A program made the position numbers and the translations under genes. The notes under the pieces are model-generated. The model was not told where the DNA came from and ran no database searches. It was given only the letters and a program-made list of their open reading frames with translations. Shown here piece after piece: positions 11,060-25,309 of a stretch of 64,000 nucleotides of DNA (position 1 is the first letter of the stretch; every line of letters starts with the position of its first letter). This DNA comes from Octopus sinensis (lineage: Eukaryota). The DNA lies in NCBI RefSeq assembly GCF_006345805.1, contig NC_042999.1, positions 25,048,001 to 25,112,000 of the forward strand, written 5' to 3'.

Positions 11060-12010
11060 GATGTGCAATAAATACATCTTATCTCGCCAAGAAGGCTACA
11101 CATTTTCTATCCACGAACAGCAGTTATCTACTACATATATGATCGACAAGAGAGACCCGGATGCATCTAGACTTCCACGTTGTGACAGAAAATGTCGATT
11201 GTGGAAGATATTCTTAACATCTATTTCTTTACTACCCACAAGGAGCTAAACACAGAGAGGACAAACAAGGACAGACAAACAGATTAAGTCGATTACATCG
11301 ACCCCAGTGCGTAACCGGTACTTATTTAATCGACCCTGAAAGGATGAAAGGCAAAGTCGACCTCGGCGGAATTTGAACTCAGAACGTAGCGGCAGACGAA
11401 ATACCGCTAAGCATTTCGCCCGGCGTGCTAACGTTTCTACCAGCTCACCGCCTTTGTGGAAGATGTTCTTAATAACATTAGTAGCTGTCCAAAAATAACC
11501 GCAAGATATTATTTTCATGAAATGTGACTTTGTTACTAAATCATGGTGTGATACCAAAGACACACCAGAACCAGATCGTATACACACATAAAATAAAGAA
11601 CACTGGTGGAATGTTCCAATAAAAACAGAAACTCGGTGTAAATACAATAGATCAGATAGTTTTTACGGGGTATAAAAATGATGCTCTGATGAAGCGATCA
11701 GCAGCTAGGCGGATGTTAAATGTCTCATCAAAAATTGGGAAAAAGGAGAACAACCGTAGATAAATATTGACGAACCTACAGCTCCTATATCCTTGCTATA
11801 GATATTCCTTTGTACCTATTATCATATTACCGGGCTATGTAACAACTGATTTGTATACAAGCGTGAAATGCTAGGGTTCTCCAAGAAAGAGCAAAGTTGA
11901 CTGAATTACATTCTTCAAATATTATAGATTAGTATTACAACAAAAATTTGCAAAATAATCCTGGGATTCTCCATTTGAGGTTCCTTGGTCGAACGCTTGA
12001 CCAAATATAA
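11060..12010 (+). mobile_element. R4/Dong-like RLE non-LTR retrotransposon, 3' fragment
   Basis: QEGYTFSIHEQQLSTTYMIDKRD..RCDRKCRL, then ISSCPKI and EHWWNVPIKTETRCKYNRSD; interrupted by a SINE B. Confidence 0.75.
11221..11452 (-). mobile_element. SINE family B with TSD
   Basis: Full copy; 19-bp duplication ttgtggaagat(a/g)ttcttaa on both sides. Confidence 0.9.
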
Positions 12011-12601
12011 ACACATACACACTTATGCACACACTAATAAATTCAAGCATCCACATGCTGTTGACTTAAACTTTGTTAGTGACCAGATTGAATTCTGCAA
12101 AGGAAAAACTTAAATAAAGCCTCCGCAAAATAATTCTTACACACATGGAACACGTCTAATGCAATGACATTCATACACGAAACCACGTGTACCTGAGCAC
12201 ATTCATATGTATGTGCATACAGATGTACATGCATACAAATATACATAAACTAATACAGTTATACATATATACAGCTTGAAATAAATAAAAGAACCATGCC
12301 ACTCTGAAGTCACCAGCTTGAATTCTGCAAAGAGAGAAAACTTAAATCCCCAAGTAAAAACACACATGTATGATTGCCCAGATGATGTTTAAATCTCAAT
12401 GGAAGGCAGGAAACATTTTCTTTCTCCATCGGTGAGGGATTCAAAAAATAAAAGCAGAAAAATACACACGCACACACAACATGCTTACGTGCATGCAGGC
12501 AAACACAAATGCATTTATACATACATAAATACATAAATATATAAGCATACATACATAATGCGTTAGGACAACGCACACTTTACCCAGTTGGTGTCAATAT
12601 A

Positions 12602-13853
12602 TCAGGTCATCCCATAAGTTCTGTCCGAATTTTGAATAAAGAAAACGAGTGATCAAATGTTATATTTAATTGAAATTTAATCATCAATGCACTTTCCCTG
12701 ATTATCTATGGCGTCCTTCCATCTATTTCCAAGCTTTTTTATCCCATCAATGTAAAACTCTTGGTTTCAAAGCGACGAACTCTGAAATGTCAGTTTCGAC
12801 CTTCACCTGGCTTGCGAAAATTATGCCCCCCCCCCACCAAATGATTCTGTAACCTACGAAACAAATGGTAGTCTGAAAAAGTAAGGTCGGGAGAATAAGG
12901 TGGATGATGAATTTTTTCCTAACCAAGCTCTTCGATCTTCTGTGATGTGATCTTTGCAGTATGGGGACGCGCATCGTCCTGATGAAATGTCACTCCTTTT
13001 CGATTCAATAAAGAAGGTCTTTTTTTCTTCAAAGCTTGGTTCAAACATTCTACTTACTGACAGTAGACTTGAGCATTGATTGTTGCATTTGGTGGTAACA
13101 ATTCAAAGAGAATTATTCCTTTGCAATCCCACCTGATAGAGAGAAGGACCATTTTCCCATGAAGTTCCCTTCTCAGTTGTGGTTGAGCTTTTTCCCTTTT
13201 ACCTAGCCACTGTTTATGACATTTAACATTTCGATAGAAGATCCATTTTTCGTCACCAGTCACAAGTCTATCCAAAAAGGGTGAAATGAGTTCGCGAGAA
13301 TGGAGAAAAGAGCAGATGTCAACTCGGGATTTGCCGTTGCTTTCGGACAATTCATGAGGCATCCATTTTCCAAGTTTAGGAACCTTTCCAAGATGATGAA
13401 CAGCTGTATCGTTTGAATTAATCTTTATTGCCAATTCTTCACCTGATAATGCAGGATTTTCTTCAAGTAATGCCTTAAGGAGCTTATCATCAAACTCAAC
13501 TGGACGTCCTGTTCGATCTTCATCTTCAAGGCTGAACTCTCCACTCCTGAATTTTGCAGACCATCTTCTGCAAGTTCTTTCATTCAAGCATTATTTCCCA
13601 TAAACTGAGTGTACGTTTCGAGTCGCTTCGGCTGCAGAATTTCCGTTTTTTGTACTCATGAAGCATGTTAGAAAGGGTTTTAATCAAAGAAATTTTAATT
13701 CTATTATTCTGTAAAATAATATTTAATTAGTTTAAATGTACACAAATGCATAAAAATAATTTTTAATTCCATTAGACATTCTAAAATACTATTAAATTTC
13801 ATTCAATTTTAAAAAAAAAGGTAAAATCGGACAGAACTTATGGGATGACGTGA
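12602..13853 (-). mobile_element. Mariner (DD34D) transposon, full length, inactivated
   Basis: TIRs tcaggtcatcccataagttctgtccga / tcggacagaacttatgggatgacgtga with TA at both ends; WMPHEL, LVTGDEKWIFY, FHQDDARPH and HPPYSPDL-type motifs; frameshifts. Confidence 0.92.
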
Positions 13854-14720
13854 TAGTAAAGTAAAAACAGAGGAGAAAGGAGGTACCTATGGATTAATCG
13901 TGAGTTTTGCCAAAATATACTAGCTGAAACAAAACAATAACTACACTAAAAAAATAAACAAACAATAAATAGTGATGATCGATATCAGCAAATATCAGTT
14001 AATAGATTACACAAAATAGAATCAGTTGCTCGTACGATGTGAAGAAAAGTAATTTATAACGATTCCAGTTGGTTCTTTTTTCATGGAGATTCTTCAGTTT
14101 TTCGAGTTTATGAACCAAACCGCCTGAATTCACATTATGGTTGATTCTTGGAGAAAAACATCGTTCAATAGCTCGTACGCAACAGATGATCCTCATACCT
14201 TGGATAATAAAACTGCACAGAGCCTGGTAAAGGTTGATTTTTAAGAGTAAATGTTGTACAAAGGAAAAAGATAAACGGTCTTTTGTCGTTTAGTTTAACA
14301 CCTTACTTTTGGTTGATGGATGACCATCATAAACACTGAAAAATAGAAACAGAAATATGGAAGACGAATGGATCTGCAAAGGAATAAACACAAAACATCT
14401 CAATCGTCTTTTAGTTTGTCTTTACATCAGCAACTGAAAGACGAGCGGCTAAGATAGACATTAAAAAAAAACAAACAAAAACGATGAGGAAGGGAACAAA
14501 ATGATACATAATGCACATACAGATATATATATACCTGTAATTTGTTATTTGTCAAGGTATCGTTCAAAATGTAATAAAACAGAATTCGTTGAACGCAGAA
14601 TATTAACCACTAGACGACTTGGATCAAACTGTAATATGTTAGTTTTACAGATGTGTTGTTCTATTTGACCTCGGCTACATCTCTCTCGCTCTCGCTTTCT
14701 CTCTCACATATCACATACAT

Positions 14721-15022
14721 GGAGGCGCAATGGCCCAGTGGTTAGGGCAGCGGACTCGAGGTCGGAGGATCGCTGTTTCGATTCCCAGACCGGACGTTGT
14801 GTGTGTTTATTGAGCGAAAACATCTAAAAGCTCCACGAGGCTCCAGCAGGCGGTGGTGGTGACCCCTGTTGTACTCTTTCGCCACAACTTTCTCTCAATC
14901 TCTCTTCCTGTTTCTTGAGTAACGCTGCGATGGACTGGTGTCCTGTCCAGCTGGTGGGGAACACATACGTCAAAGAAACCGGGAAACCGGGCCCATGAGC
15001 CTGGCTAGGCTTGAAAAGGGCG
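14721..15022 (+). mobile_element. tRNA-derived SINE family C, variant 3' part
   Basis: A-box TGGCCCAGTGG, B-box GTTTCGATTCCC; 3' part gctgcgatggactggtgtcctgtccag differs from the copy at 27109. Confidence 0.85.
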
Positions 15023-15471
15023 AAGTTTATCGCTTTTTTTTTTATCACATACTTAGTTAAGTAAATATAAGTTAACGAATGGGTGCGATAACTCTAACTG
15101 TTAGAAATAACAGGCAAATTGCTCTTGAAATATTTGCTACCATCTTAAAATGGGAAGAACATATTTTAAACTGTAGTTCCAGATAGATTGAATAACATAG
15201 ATAAGTCTGACCTGGGGGTAAACAACAAAACAACATCAACAACAGCAGCAGCAGCAGTAACAACAATAACAACATGAAAAGTGAAATTAAAACGACCCCT
15301 ACTCATTGATGAGTCGGCAGAATACTACTGAACACATTGGCATAGCGTTTCGATAGATAGAGATCGATAAAATAAACACCACACTGAAATGTCATACTTC
15401 AGAGTTCAATGACTCAAATGATTAAAAAATTTTTTTTAATATCACACACACACACACACACACCACGCGCG

Positions 15472-15537
<66 letters not shown>

Positions 15538-15863
15538 ACACAGAGCTACACATATGCACACGTTGAATCCTTCAGTTAAAAAAAAAAAATTTCTAGATAG
15601 TGTTGAAATCGAAAGATAATTATTTGAACTTACCTGATTTCTGAAGTTATCTATCTATATCTATATCTATATAAATAGATAGATAGATTTATCTATATAT
15701 GTATATATGTGATGTATACAAAATTATTTTCTTGTATGTTCCAGAGATATAGGACTAAGAATACTCTATGTTGCTGAACAATGAAACTGGTGTCTGTTAC
15801 ATTAGAAGAATTGTCCGAGATCAAGCTGAGACTGGTGTCGATATCATTTTTTTAGATCCGGCA

Positions 15864-15921
<58 letters not shown>

Positions 15922-16322
15922 GCAATATTAATAATGATAGTCAGTCAGTCAGTCAGTCAGTAAGTCACAACCTAATTTGGTAGTGTGAAGTGTTTTCTAT
16001 AAATAAATATGGCAACTCTGCAGTTTCGACCAGTATTTGTAATGTTAAAGTAAAACAGTTTGAAGCAAAGCTAAGTACTGTTGGTCTGTCACAGCCAGAC
16101 ATCTTCAGTTCAATAAAGGTGACATAATATGATAGGATTTTTGTTAGAATAGTTTTGTGTGGGGGGTTTGTGCGATTGTGTGGTAGTGTGTGTGTGTGTC
16201 TAAGTGTGTTAATGTGTGTGTATGTGTATTACTGTGCGTGTGTCAGTATGTGTTTGTGTATCTCTGTTAGCAGGTATATGTTTTTTAGTGTGCGTGTTTG
16301 TGTGTGTGTGTGTTTGTGTGCA

Positions 16323-16355
<33 letters not shown>

Positions 16356-16650
16356 GTGTATGTGTGTGTGTGTGTGCGTGCGTACGTGCGTGTTGAAGAG
16401 AAGACAAAAGAGGATTGACCACTTTCAGGCAGAATTTTTCATTGTAGAGGATATGTGAAATATTTATTTCTACCTGTCCTTGTATTTATTCCACTCTGTG
16501 CAGGGTTTACCCTTCCTACTGATGATATCGCCCATGCAAACATTGGACCCTATCACCATCAGCTGGATCCCGTATGCCAATGAACTGATGTGGTGTTTGA
16601 GTTCATCAGAAACCTCAGCAGCTACCATAAGACAAATATCCTCCCTCCCA

Positions 16651-17190
16651 AATATTGATTTCAAATTTTGGCAGAAGACCAGTAATTTAGGGGGAGAGGG
16701 TAAGTCGATTACATCAACCCCAGTACTCAACTGGTACTTATTTTATCGACCCCGAAAAGATGAAAGGCAAAGTCGATCTCGGCAGGATCTTCCTCGTGAA
16801 ATATCAGACCCGCTCCTTCATTAATGGGGGGATAGAAGCAGGAGGCGGGCTGGCAGAATCGTTAGCACGCTGCACAAAATATTTTATCGATCCCGAAAGG
16901 ATGAAAGGCAAAGTCGATCTCAGCAGGATCTCCCTAATGAAATATCAGACCCGCTCCTTCATTACTGGGGAGATAGAAGAAGGCGGCGGGCTGGCATAAT
17001 CGTTAGCACGCCGCACAAAATACTCAGCAGCATTTTTTCCGGCTTTACGTACTGAGTTCAATGCCTCAGCCTAGGTTCATTTTACTTTCATCCTTTCGGG
17101 GTCGATAAAATAAGTACCAGTCGAGCACTGGGGTCGATGTAATCGATTTACCCTCTTCTAAAATCGTTGACTTGTGTCAAACTTAGAAAT
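16651..17190. mobile_element. Head-to-head SINE B2 pair with a 141-bp tandem duplication of the junction
   Basis: Units 16741-16881 and 16882-17022 are similar but diverged direct repeats. Confidence 0.75.
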
Positions 17191-17492
17191 CATTAATGAA
17201 ACGATCAGAGTTCGCATTCAAATAATTTTTATTTCTTCGCCAAGTAAGGCACAGGTGTGTCTATGTAGTAAGAAATTTGCTTCCCAACCACCTGGTTCCG
17301 AATTCAATCTCATTGCATGCAGCTTGGGAAAGTGTCTTGTACTATAGCTTCGGCTTGAAAGGCAGTTTTTTTCTAGCGGTGTCATATGAAATTGTCACTC
17401 ATAATTATGACCCTAGAATCGATCTATTGCATTTCAATCTCTTTTAGGGTTAGGGTTAGCACTATCCCACTGGCTCTAGTAACACGGGAATG

Positions 17493-17805
17493 GATGATTT
17501 CGCGTTCTGATGCTTAATGCATCTTAACGCTCATCAGTGACCCTCAGTACGCCAAGGGTTAAACTCATCTCGCTTTTTCAGCTTATAAAATTTTCGCTAA
17601 GACCATACGCTGATTTCAAAAACGATAAAAGTGAAAATTATAAATAATATGGGTGACTAATTCTGTTCTGAAATCAGCGTATAATCTTAACGGAAATCTC
17701 ATAAGCTGACAAGGCGAAATGAGTTTAACCCTAGGCATGGTGAGAGCCACTGATGAGAGTCAAGATGCATTAAGCATCAGAACGCGAAATCATCGATGAT
17801 TTGAC
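17493..17805. mobile_element. Fold-back hammerhead-bearing module (HH-vii)
   Basis: Inverted arms of about 130 bp; minus arm GTCA-CTGATGA-GCGTT..GATGC/GCATC..AACGC-GAAA; plus arm adds TCATCGATGA-TT-TGAC. Confidence 0.75.
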
Positions 17806-17817
17806 TGTATCTGCGAT

Positions 17818-18553
17818 CATAGGGAGCTTGTCTCCCTTGTCAGCTCATTAAAATAGTGTTTTTATTGGCTGTTGAGTAAAGAGTAATTTTATTCAATAAA
17901 ATCGCCATTGGCTTCAATCACGACCTCCAGATGACTTCGGAAGCTCCTGCAACTCTTCTGGAAGGTCTCCTTGTTTAAGATGGGTGAATGCTGCCATAAT
18001 CCTTGCCTTCAGTTCATCTTTGGTATTACAAGGAGTTTTATCAGTCTCTCACTCAACTGCACTCCACGCATAATAATCAAGTGGGGCTGCAGTCTGGAGA
18101 GTCAGGTGGCCAGATGTTAGGGGTGATGTGGTCGCAGAAATTATCTGACAGCTTGTGTGACATGGTGCACAGTCAAGTTGCCAGACATAGGGTCTTCCAG
18201 CAGCCACCCTCTTGACCCAGGGTAGCACTACCTCCTCCAGGCATTTGATGTGGGTCTCTGTGTTGAGTCTGAGACCGTAGGGGAAGATAAATGGAAGCAT
18301 AACGTCACCATCCCTAGTGATCACTCCAAACACCATGATGTTGAGTGAATGTTTGACTTTTATCACTCTCGGTACATGTTTTGGAGACACGGCAAGCCAA
18401 TGGTTGTTCTGTGTGTTCGCCATCTGTTCATATTGGAGATTCTGGTGCGAATGCCAAGCACTCTACTGTGTAGTCGACAAAATCAAAAGCAAACAATACG
18501 CATGTACGAAATTAAAAATATAAAATGGTGACAATTTACCTATCGCACCCTGG
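17818..18553 (-). mobile_element. Tc1/mariner DD37D (maT-like) element, internally deleted
   Basis: NIMVFGVITRDGDVMLPFIFPYGLRLN..YVWQLDCAPCHTS..PLDYYAWSAVE; TIR ggtgacaatttacctatcgcaccctgg. Confidence 0.8.
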
Positions 18554-18634
18554 ATACATACATACATACATACATACATACATACATTCTCAACACACAC
18601 ACACACACCATACATACATACATACATACATACA

Positions 18635-18670
<36 letters not shown>

Positions 18671-18942
18671 TATATACATATATATAAGCATAGTAAATAG
18701 GGTAATAAAAATAAATTATTATCCAGTGACCTAGCACAAAAGACAAATTAGTCATTAGACTATATGTTATTCATATATAAGTATATTAATTCATTAAGTA
18801 CATATATAAGTACATTTCATTCCATTTCATAAATTTATCCCCTTTTTGTGTATCTAGCACTCGCTTCTTTATTTGGAAGCCTTTTAATGTACTATATATA
18901 TCTATCTATCTATATCTATATCTATATCTATCTATCTATCTA

Positions 18943-19008
<66 letters not shown>

Positions 19009-19009
19009 G

Positions 19010-19275
19010 TTAGAAGGTTTGGAGATGATTACAGTACAGGTATTATATATTAGAAGAAATGAGGTACTCAGAAATCTGGACGGTTTTATATTTACCGATA
19101 TTTATTAGTATGTTATATGTTTTTATAAATCATATATAAAAAATTAGCGCTTTCGTCCACTCTAGTGGAGTCTTCAAATTGAACTCAATATATGATATAT
19201 GATTTAAAACATGTAACATGCTATCTGTAATATAAACCATCCAGATTTCTGAGTACTTCATTTCTTCTAATATTA
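19010..19275. mobile_element. Partly inverted module with a degenerate hammerhead (HH-iv, 19142-19180 minus)
   Basis: Arms ttagaagaaatgaggtactcagaaatctgga / tccagatttctgagtacttcatttcttctaa; AAT-TTGAAGA-C-TCCAC/GTGGA-C-GAAA-GCGC-TA-ATT; (TA)n flanks. Confidence 0.6.
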
Positions 19276-19284
19276 TATATATAT

Positions 19285-19607
<323 letters not shown>

Positions 19608-20016
19608 TATATATATATATAAAACTGCAAAATTATCACAGAACAGATAAATATTTATCACAACTGTCCGACGAACGGTAATTTTGCAGCTTTAATAAAA
19701 AAGATATTACTTAGCATTTCGTAGTCAAGTACTATATTTCCACCTTGTTTTGCACTTATGTGCTTACTTCTGTTCGTGTGTGTTTGTGTGTGTCTGTGTG
19801 AGCGTGTATGTGTATGTATGTAGGTAGGTAGGTATGTAGTAGAATAAGAAATAGAAAATCTTTGGTACAGTATTATATATTTGAAAAAAAAAATGAATAA
19901 AAATGACTTTTCTGATTATTTTTCCACTTTAATAATTACTTATAAACATCTAATTATTAGAGTGGAAAAATTATCAGAAAAACCATTTCCATGAATTTTT
20001 TCAAATATATATATAT

Positions 20017-20404
20017 TCTTTTACTCTTTTACTTGTTTCAGTCCTTTGACTGCGGCCATGCTGGAGCACCGCCTTTAGTCGGGCAAATCGACCCCAGGTC
20101 TTATTCTTTGTAAGCCTAGTACTTATTCTATCGGTCTCTTTTGCCGAATCGCTAACTTACGGGGGGACACCAGCATCGGTTGTTAAGTGATGTTGGGGGG
20201 ACAAACACAGACACACACACACATATATATATACATATATACGACGGGCTTCTTTCAGTTTCCGTCTACCAAATCCACTCACAAAGCTTCGGTCGGCCTG
20301 AGGCTATAGTAGAAGACTCTTGCCCAAGGTTCCACGCAGTGGGACTGAACCCGGAACCATGTGGTTGGTAAGCAAACTACTTACCACACAGCCACTCCTG
20401 CGCC
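20017..20404 (-). mobile_element. SINE family A
   Basis: Reverse complement of family A. Confidence 0.9.
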
Positions 20405-20616
20405 TGTACATATATACATCAGTATATTAGTTCAATAACAATGGTGTGATGAATGAAAACTGAGTCAGAGTTAAGACGTGATATATTGAAGTATTTGAGG
20501 AAGTGATGGAGCCGGGTGTCTCCTTGCAGTATCCATCAGAGCATGATACTAGTAAATACAGGCTGTGAAAATGGCTAGGAACACACACGCACACGGACGC
20601 ACACACACATACACAA

Positions 20617-20681
<65 letters not shown>

Positions 20682-21143
20682 AACACACACACGGAGGTCA
20701 ACTCATACATATCAGAATCACGTAGTCGGAATATATAATACATACATACAAAATGTTATACTTGTACATAGACATGTACACACAACACACACACACACAC
20801 ACCACACACACACACACACAAAACATACCGCACATACACTAATACATAGACACACAATAGAATGCACATACCCTAATACATACACACACGTACAGTAACA
20901 TATACACATACGTACACGGAGACTAGATGTCGGTGCGCAAGCGCGTCTACACACGCACACCCTCCCAAACAAATGCATATATACACTCTCACAGTCAGAT
21001 TCATAGATAGATAGATGAATATGCACCCACACACATACATACACTAGCGTTACCCAAGAATAAAGAGAAAACGGTAATAACAATATATATAACACACACA
21101 ATATCATTCATATACATATACATACATACTACATCATCCATCC

Positions 21144-21224
<81 letters not shown>

Positions 21225-21347
21225 ATATATATATAATATATTTATCATACATATACATATATATGTTATATACATACATATACAAAAATATATATGTATA
21301 ATAGTATGTATATATGTATAAATAATGTATATATTATATATTCTATA

Positions 21348-21432
21348 TGGCGTCATTCGAAGGCTAAAACAATGCGAACGCATTGTGACCTCGATGTGTA
21401 CAGCATCTGATGTTCTGGTCGGTCACGTGATA
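21348..21432 (+). mobile_element. SINE family C, 3' tail only
   Basis: ggcgtcattcgaaggctaaaac..ctggtcggtcacgtga matches the end of the 27109 copy. Confidence 0.75.
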
Positions 21433-21477
<45 letters not shown>

Positions 21478-21507
21478 CTATATCTCTCTCTCTCTCTCTC
21501 TCCTCTC

Positions 21508-21545
<38 letters not shown>

Positions 21546-21675
21546 CTTAGGTCCTGGTAGTGTGTAGAGGTAGGGTATTTCCAGAGAAGCTCTCAACCCG
21601 AATACTGGGCTATCAACACTGTCGGGTTTCAAAACAATACCGGAATTCTTCAAGTGCACACACACACACACACAC

Positions 21676-21710
<35 letters not shown>

Positions 21711-21967
21711 GCACGCATACACACACACGCACACACACACACACGCACGTATATATATGAGAGGTATTGGTATCTAGAAGACCCAAAGAGTGTCAGGTAA
21801 CGCCAAGTAAGTACTGTGGACAGACCGTAGGTAAACTCTTGGTTCGATAATGATACGAGTGAGGAAGAGAGTAATGTGGGTCTTGTTTTAGCATATATAT
21901 ATATTATACAGAATAATATAACAAAGCCAAAGCTGTGAGGAAATTCCAGGACATTTATAACGAAATA

Positions 21968-22015
21968 GTCTTACAACTGTTTCTGGGATATTATGGATAT
22001 CCCTTCATCAGAGAC
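21968..22015 (-). ncRNA. Minimal type I hammerhead motif (HH-viii)
   Basis: GTCT-CTGATGA-A-GGGATAT/ATATCCC-A-GAAA-CAGTTG-TA-AGAC. Confidence 0.75.
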
Positions 22016-22349
22016 GGCGTGAGAAAATATTTGAGTTCAAATTATTATGGAAAAGGAAGAGATAGGGAATATGAAAGTAGTCCAACTACTATATCTTTAT
22101 ATATCTTATTTCTACTGTCATTCTCTTATTTCCCTCTATATTCCCTATCTCCACCTTTTCCATAATATCCAAGAGGTAGGGTATTTCCCAGAGAAGCTCT
22201 CAACCCGAATACTGGGCTATCAACACTGTCGGGTTCAAAACAATACCAATACGGAATTCTTCAAGTGCACACCACTAGTAAGACTATTTTCATTATAAAT
22301 GTCCGAAAAACTCCTCACAACTTGGCTTTGTTATCCCATTATTACATAT

Positions 22350-22418
<69 letters not shown>

Positions 22419-22554
22419 ATATATATATATATATATGTATGTATATATATATGTATATAAATATAAATAAATAAAGATATAAATACATATGTATGTGTGA
22501 GTGTGTGTGTATGTATTATGTAGGTAGAATTAGGTATATTGATGCAATATACCA

Positions 22555-22888
22555 CCAGCCTTAAATTTAGTAAGCCCGAACTGTGAAACACACACAGTGA
22601 GCAACATTTTAGACATACTACTGAGACCTATTTTAAAATACATACCAAGTCATGTGAGGGACCTGTTAAACCAACGTACCCCAATCTAGTCATGGCTTGA
22701 ACTTCCACAAATATCTACTAGAAAATTGGAAACGTTACATAGATGACTGCCTAATCCTATGGACGTACACATTTGAACAACTTACAGATTTCAAAAACCT
22801 AATCGACAGCATAAACAATAATATCAACTTTACCATGGAATACAGTACTCAACTACCATTCTGGATATATTAATCCTCAAACGAGATA
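22555..22888 (+). pseudogene. Penelope-like reverse transcriptase fragment
   Basis: NILDILLRPILKYIPSHVRD, then ENWKRYIDDCLILW..INNNINFTMEYSTQLP/FLDILI (YIDD at 22736-22747); internal deletion; runs into the gap. Confidence 0.8.
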
Positions 22889-22988
22889 NNNNNNNNNNNN
22901 NNNNNNNNNNNNNNNNNNNNNNNNNNNNNNNNNNNNNNNNNNNNNNNNNNNNNNNNNNNNNNNNNNNNNNNNNNNNNNNNNNNNNNNN
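22889..22988. other. Assembly gap
   Basis: 100 Ns. Confidence 0.99.
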
Positions 22989-23208
22989 GACAGAAATTTT
23001 AAGTCAAATAGTAAAATAAAATAAAATAAAATAAAATAAAAGGACGAAATGAATGTAGCTTTTTCAGCCAGACGATGAAAACAGATAAAAATGATAATTG
23101 CAAGAGGCATTAGAATAGATTGTTGCTATTTAAATAGTAAAAGTCAAAGTGGTAGAATAACTCAGATAAGTTTTCAACAACATTCAATCCTGTCTGAACG
23201 GCGATGGC

Positions 23209-23248
<40 letters not shown>

Positions 23249-23495
23249 ACACACACAAACACACACACACACACACACAAACACACAAACACACACACAC
23301 ACAAACACACAAACACACACACACACATTCACACACACGCAAACACATTCACACACATATGTGTGCGTATGAGTGTATGTCCACATACTAATATATTATA
23401 TATGTACCAACAATTACACACATATTTATTATCATATACACATACGCACACACACACTCATATACAGATATCCTATATATAATATAAATATATTA

Positions 23496-23534
<39 letters not shown>

Positions 23535-23544
23535 GTGTATATGC

Positions 23545-23576
<32 letters not shown>

Positions 23577-24453
23577 ATATATATATATATATGTATATAT
23601 ATATACATATATACATGCATACATACATATACACATTGACAATAGCGAATTTTGCGTTAACGATGTGTAATATATTTGTGTGTATGCATGTCTTGTATTA
23701 CACATACATTTGTGCATATAAATACATACACACAAACTCTCTCTCAACACACACAAGCACACACATATATAAATACACACGCACACATATATGGTAATAT
23801 CGAAATATATCAAAATAACTGTCAACTGAAATAATTACTACAACAATAGATCATTTCGAAATATATAAAACTTTAGGCAGCATTTCCATTTCCCTGACAA
23901 CAATGATACTGACAAGGTCTTCTCTTGTATCGGCCCACGATATTTTACTACTTCATTTCTGTTGAAGACCCATTTAATGTATTTAGATGCTTCATCAAAC
24001 ATTTAATATTTAGTGGCTTTACCCACATTAAGGCCCTTAGAATCAGTCACTGTCTGATACAATCTGAGCTGCACTTTGTTGTTTTTTTTTTAATGGCGCT
24101 ACAGGCCAGTCTTCCAGGGTTTTGATATCTATCAAAATTGACAAGTAAGTTGATTTGAAATCATTACACTTCAGTTATTACAAAAGCTCATTTCCTCTTC
24201 GCTATAAATCTGAGAGACCTCCACACTGTGTGTATATAAATGTATAAATGTGTGTGTATGTGTGTGTGTGTGTGTGTGTTTGTTTGTGTGTGTGAGCGCA
24301 CGTTTGTGCGTGTGTGAGCGCACGTTTGTGCGTGTGTGAGTGTATGTGTATATATATATACACATACACATATTTATACATAGATATGTATATATATATA
24401 TATATTGTGTATATATATAATATATTATATATATATATATACATACATATATA

Positions 24454-24493
<40 letters not shown>

Positions 24494-25309
24494 ACAATAT
24501 ATATATATTCATAATATATTATACATATCTATATATACATATATATATATATGTATGTATATATATATATCGTACGTACAACACACACACACACATACAT
24601 ACATATATATACTTTGATACTTTGATAGAAGTATCAAAGTATATATATATATATATACATATATAATATACAATACATATATATATACAATACATATATA
24701 TACATATATATATATATATTATATATATATATATATATACACATACAATACATATATATATGCATATATGTAAATAGACATATATAGGTGTTATATATAT
24801 GTATATATATATATATATATATATAATGTAAGTATACATTATAATATATCTATATATCTATATATATATATATTATATATATATATATATATGGTATGTA
24901 TATATATATATATACGTACGTACACACACACACCACACACACATACATTCATATATATATATGTACATAAATGCTGAAAAGAGCTTATTGTTGTTTGGTG
25001 ACTAGTGGTGAATATAGCACATCAGTTTTCAGACTTCAATTTCAATGCAACGCAACTAGTCAATGTACCAAAAGACAGGAAGTTTAAGTTCTGGCGGTGG
25101 TCGCTTGATCTGTAGGAAATAGCTGCCAATTCTCTCTTCCTTTATATCCTACAACCTCAGGAAGGGAATGGAAAGAGACGGAAAGAAAAAAGATGAGATA
25201 ATGTAATGCTGCAAATACTCCAGGTAAGAAACAGTGTGCATGATTTAAATGTCTTTTGATCATAGGTTTACTCAGTCAGAACAAACGCGAATATAGATAT
25301 CAAATTCTG

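Noticed and set aside
17443-17459. TTAGGGTTAGGGTTAG telomere-like motif
   Set aside because: Only about 2.5 units, inside what looks like a dispersed-repeat fragment; not a telomeric array.
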